Source of the DNA: Vicugna vicugna
Lineage: Eukaryota
Direction: 5' to 3'
Length of the DNA stretch: 64,000 bases
NCBI GenBank assembly: GCA_013265495.1
Contig: MU058000.1
Span: 2,232,001 to 2,296,000 of the forward strand
Shown: positions 61,481 through 64,000 of the stretch, one piece after another
How positions within the stretch are numbered: position 1 is the stretch's first letter
Layout: the number at the start of each line of letters is the position of its first letter
Translations under genes and position numbers: made by a program
The notes under the pieces: model-generated
Told to the model about the DNA's origin: nothing
Databases searched by the model: none
The model's input: the letters and a program-made list of their open reading frames with translations, nothing else

Positions 61481-63424
61481 ATAATAACGAATACAACTAG
61501 AGAGGCAATAAATAAGAGGATGTCTGTGAAAATATGGGGCATTTTCTTCAGCATTTTGTGCCATGTGAGTGGATAGCTTTTCTCATTCCCCAAAGAGTCT
61601 TTGTAGCATATAATATCCTGATCATAACTGGAATGATCGATGATAAATTTATAATCTATGAATGAGTTCAGCAAATGCACAACTACCATATTTGTGGTTA
61701 AAAAAGTAGTTCTTTGACCTTCAGAACCCATCTTCGGAAATACCATTCTCCAATATGCAATTTTTATGTTTTGTTCTATATTTACCACTAACCTCTTTAT
61801 ACATTCACATTTTTTTTTAATTTAGGTGTTACTTTATCCATGCTACACTTATTGAGACATTGTAGATTTATTTAAATACACTCAACAAAAGTTGGCAATT
61901 TGAGCAGGCAAAATAAAATCCACAAGTACAGTTCTGTTCTGTTTTGTTTTGTTTTTCAGTTCTCGGATTTAAATATTTCTCATATTGCTCTGTACCCAAG
62001 TATCTCTAAAAGTCGGGAAGACAGAAAATAAAACATGAAATCCATGGTTGTCTGGTAAAGAGAGTTTATTTCTTTATGGGACTTCTTTGCAAGAATGAAC
62101 AACTTAAGAAAACATTAAGAAACCAATGATTATATGATCCATGACAGTTATTCAGAAAATATGTGGATGATGCATTTCTGAGCTGAAAAAAAGGACCAGA
62201 AGTTCAACAGAATTTGAATGGAAAAAAAAAAAAATGAAACGCCTGCAAAATTCAAGTCTGTTTTTTTTTTTCTTTATACAGGGCCCATTTTGTTAATTTG
62301 CATAAACTGCCCTGTGAGGATATGTAAGTAGGAGATCTCTGTCCTAAAGTCTTTTTTTTTCCCCCTAAGGAATTCTTTCTCTTCATTATGGATGGGCTGA
62401 GTCTATTCTTAGAAGAGTTCAAATTTATTCTCCTGATGGAATCATCAAATCTGCCTCCCTTTTCCACATTTCTTGGGGATGATTTTTCATCTCTATGACT
62501 GGTACGATTTCAAACCCAGACTTGCATCTTGACATTTTTATGAATCCTCTTCAAATTACATTAGTTCATAAAATCCTGTTATTTCTGTGTATTTTTCTTG
62601 CTTCTAGAATATATATCTACTGGTGTAACTCATCACACTCTCATAGGCATTTTCTATTATATTTGTGTAAATGTCAAATCAATGTAACTGATTTGCTTTT
62701 TATTTGTCTTACATCACCTACATACCTTGCGTAAGACTGAAGCCAATAACTATATGTTGAACATAATCTCAAAATGATGTCACTGACACTAACTTCCAAC
62801 TTAACTTAATTTTTCTCCCACAATGGCTCGATCATTATTAGGTTCCTCAGTGGACTCTGAATCCCAGTGATACCTGCCCTGTTCCAGTATTCTTGTGGCT
62901 GGTTTAAAATCATCCTATGCTTTTGGAGATGTTATTTATCAAAGTTTCCTCTTAACATCTTCAATGTTGAAGATCTGATATTAGTGGAGTTGTAGAAGTG
63001 GAATTATTAGGGTGTCCTTAAAGTCCTTTTCCATAAATGAATGATTTATTGGGGCAATGAAAAGAAGGAACAAGTTTGCCTGCTCAGTATTGCCCGTCAC
63101 TTTTGATGAATGTGATTCACCTTTCTATAAGAAGTCCAATTTAGCACTGGGGCCATTTCTTGAATTTTATAGAGAAGGAAATTGTAAAATACCTTAGAAA
63201 TGTGGCCGTGGAAGAAACAAACTGGGGCTGAAAGGTTCAAAGTCTGAAAAACATTGGGTGAAACATAAAGTCAATAATGTTCAATGTCAAGGTAGCCACA
63301 GGATAAAATTTGGCTTTTTCTTTTTGTAGCAACATTTGCTTGGTGTTGACTACATGGTAGCAACACTTTACTTCACTATGTCTTTTATGTTCAGATTAAA
63401 CTGTAGCTTCTGTTGAATGACCTT

Positions 63425-63561
63425 CGGTGGTGTGCTGGGCTGGCTTGCAACATTTTCTGAGTGCACTGTGTACATTTCTTCCTGACTCCATCTTGAGTGA
63501 CATTGTGTTGACAGCTTGAAATTGGTCACACTGAGGGCATTTGCACCATGAAAATTGGTAC
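63425..63561 (+). mobile_element. MER63-like hAT-Blackjack fragment
   Basis: 'cggtggtgtgctgg.ctggcttg...catttctt.cctgactcc..gtgacattgtgttgacagcttgaaattggtcac...atttgcaccatgaaaattgg'. Confidence 0.75.
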
Positions 63562-64000
63562 ACCCTGTACACGTCGGAACTTCCCCCTTTCCAGGGACCC
63601 TGGGCTAAGCATTTATCAGCACAACACTACACTACCACCTTCACAAGGATGAACTGCAGAAGCCTCTCAAACTTTCACCAAAGCATCCATGATTACTTTG
63701 TCAGTATGATATTCTGGTCATCTGTAAACACACAAGTGCTTTCCCCTTCACAACTTTGCTTGACTATTACCAACTAGTGACTAAATGAAATGAAATACAC
63801 CAAAAAGATTAATTGGTGCACATTTATTCTCAGGTAATATAAGATATATTTAAATATAATTCCTCTTTTACAAAGTAGACTTCCCATCAACTACAGAAGA
63901 AATGAAATATGGGGACTTGGGGTTTAATTTTAGTTTCATTTCTTATGTTTATAATGAAAGTGATCTTGAAGAAATTATGCAGTTTCTCTGAGCTTCAGAT

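Overview
AT-rich mammalian genomic DNA, most likely a camelid (Tylopoda): it carries a tRNA-Ala-derived SINE of the Vic-1 type and artiodactyl-type L1 3' ends, and I saw no Bov-tA/BovB, PRE-1, Alu or Can-SINE. I recognise no protein-coding host gene, RNA gene or CpG-island promoter, so the window is deep-intronic or intergenic. The longer ORFs in the track are decayed transposon ORFs (Tigger1 transposase, L1 ORF2) or chance ORFs. Much of the window is interspersed repeat: young and old L1 fragments, L2, MIR, a near-full-length Tigger1, several hAT/Tc2 MITEs, and many solo LTRs. One LTR is a young betaretrovirus-like (ERV2) solo LTR with a perfect 6-bp TSD. The most unusual signal is a perfect 47-bp inverted repeat with a 7-nt loop (27314-27414) inside an otherwise heavily decayed L2. 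Other notable signals are a perfect 30-bp tandem duplication, candidate micro-exons and recursive-splice-like sites, an octamer/SOX-rich non-repetitive block, a strong CTCF-like motif and two short palindromes. Repeat family names are from recalled consensus sequences, not from a database search, and boundaries of old elements are approximate.
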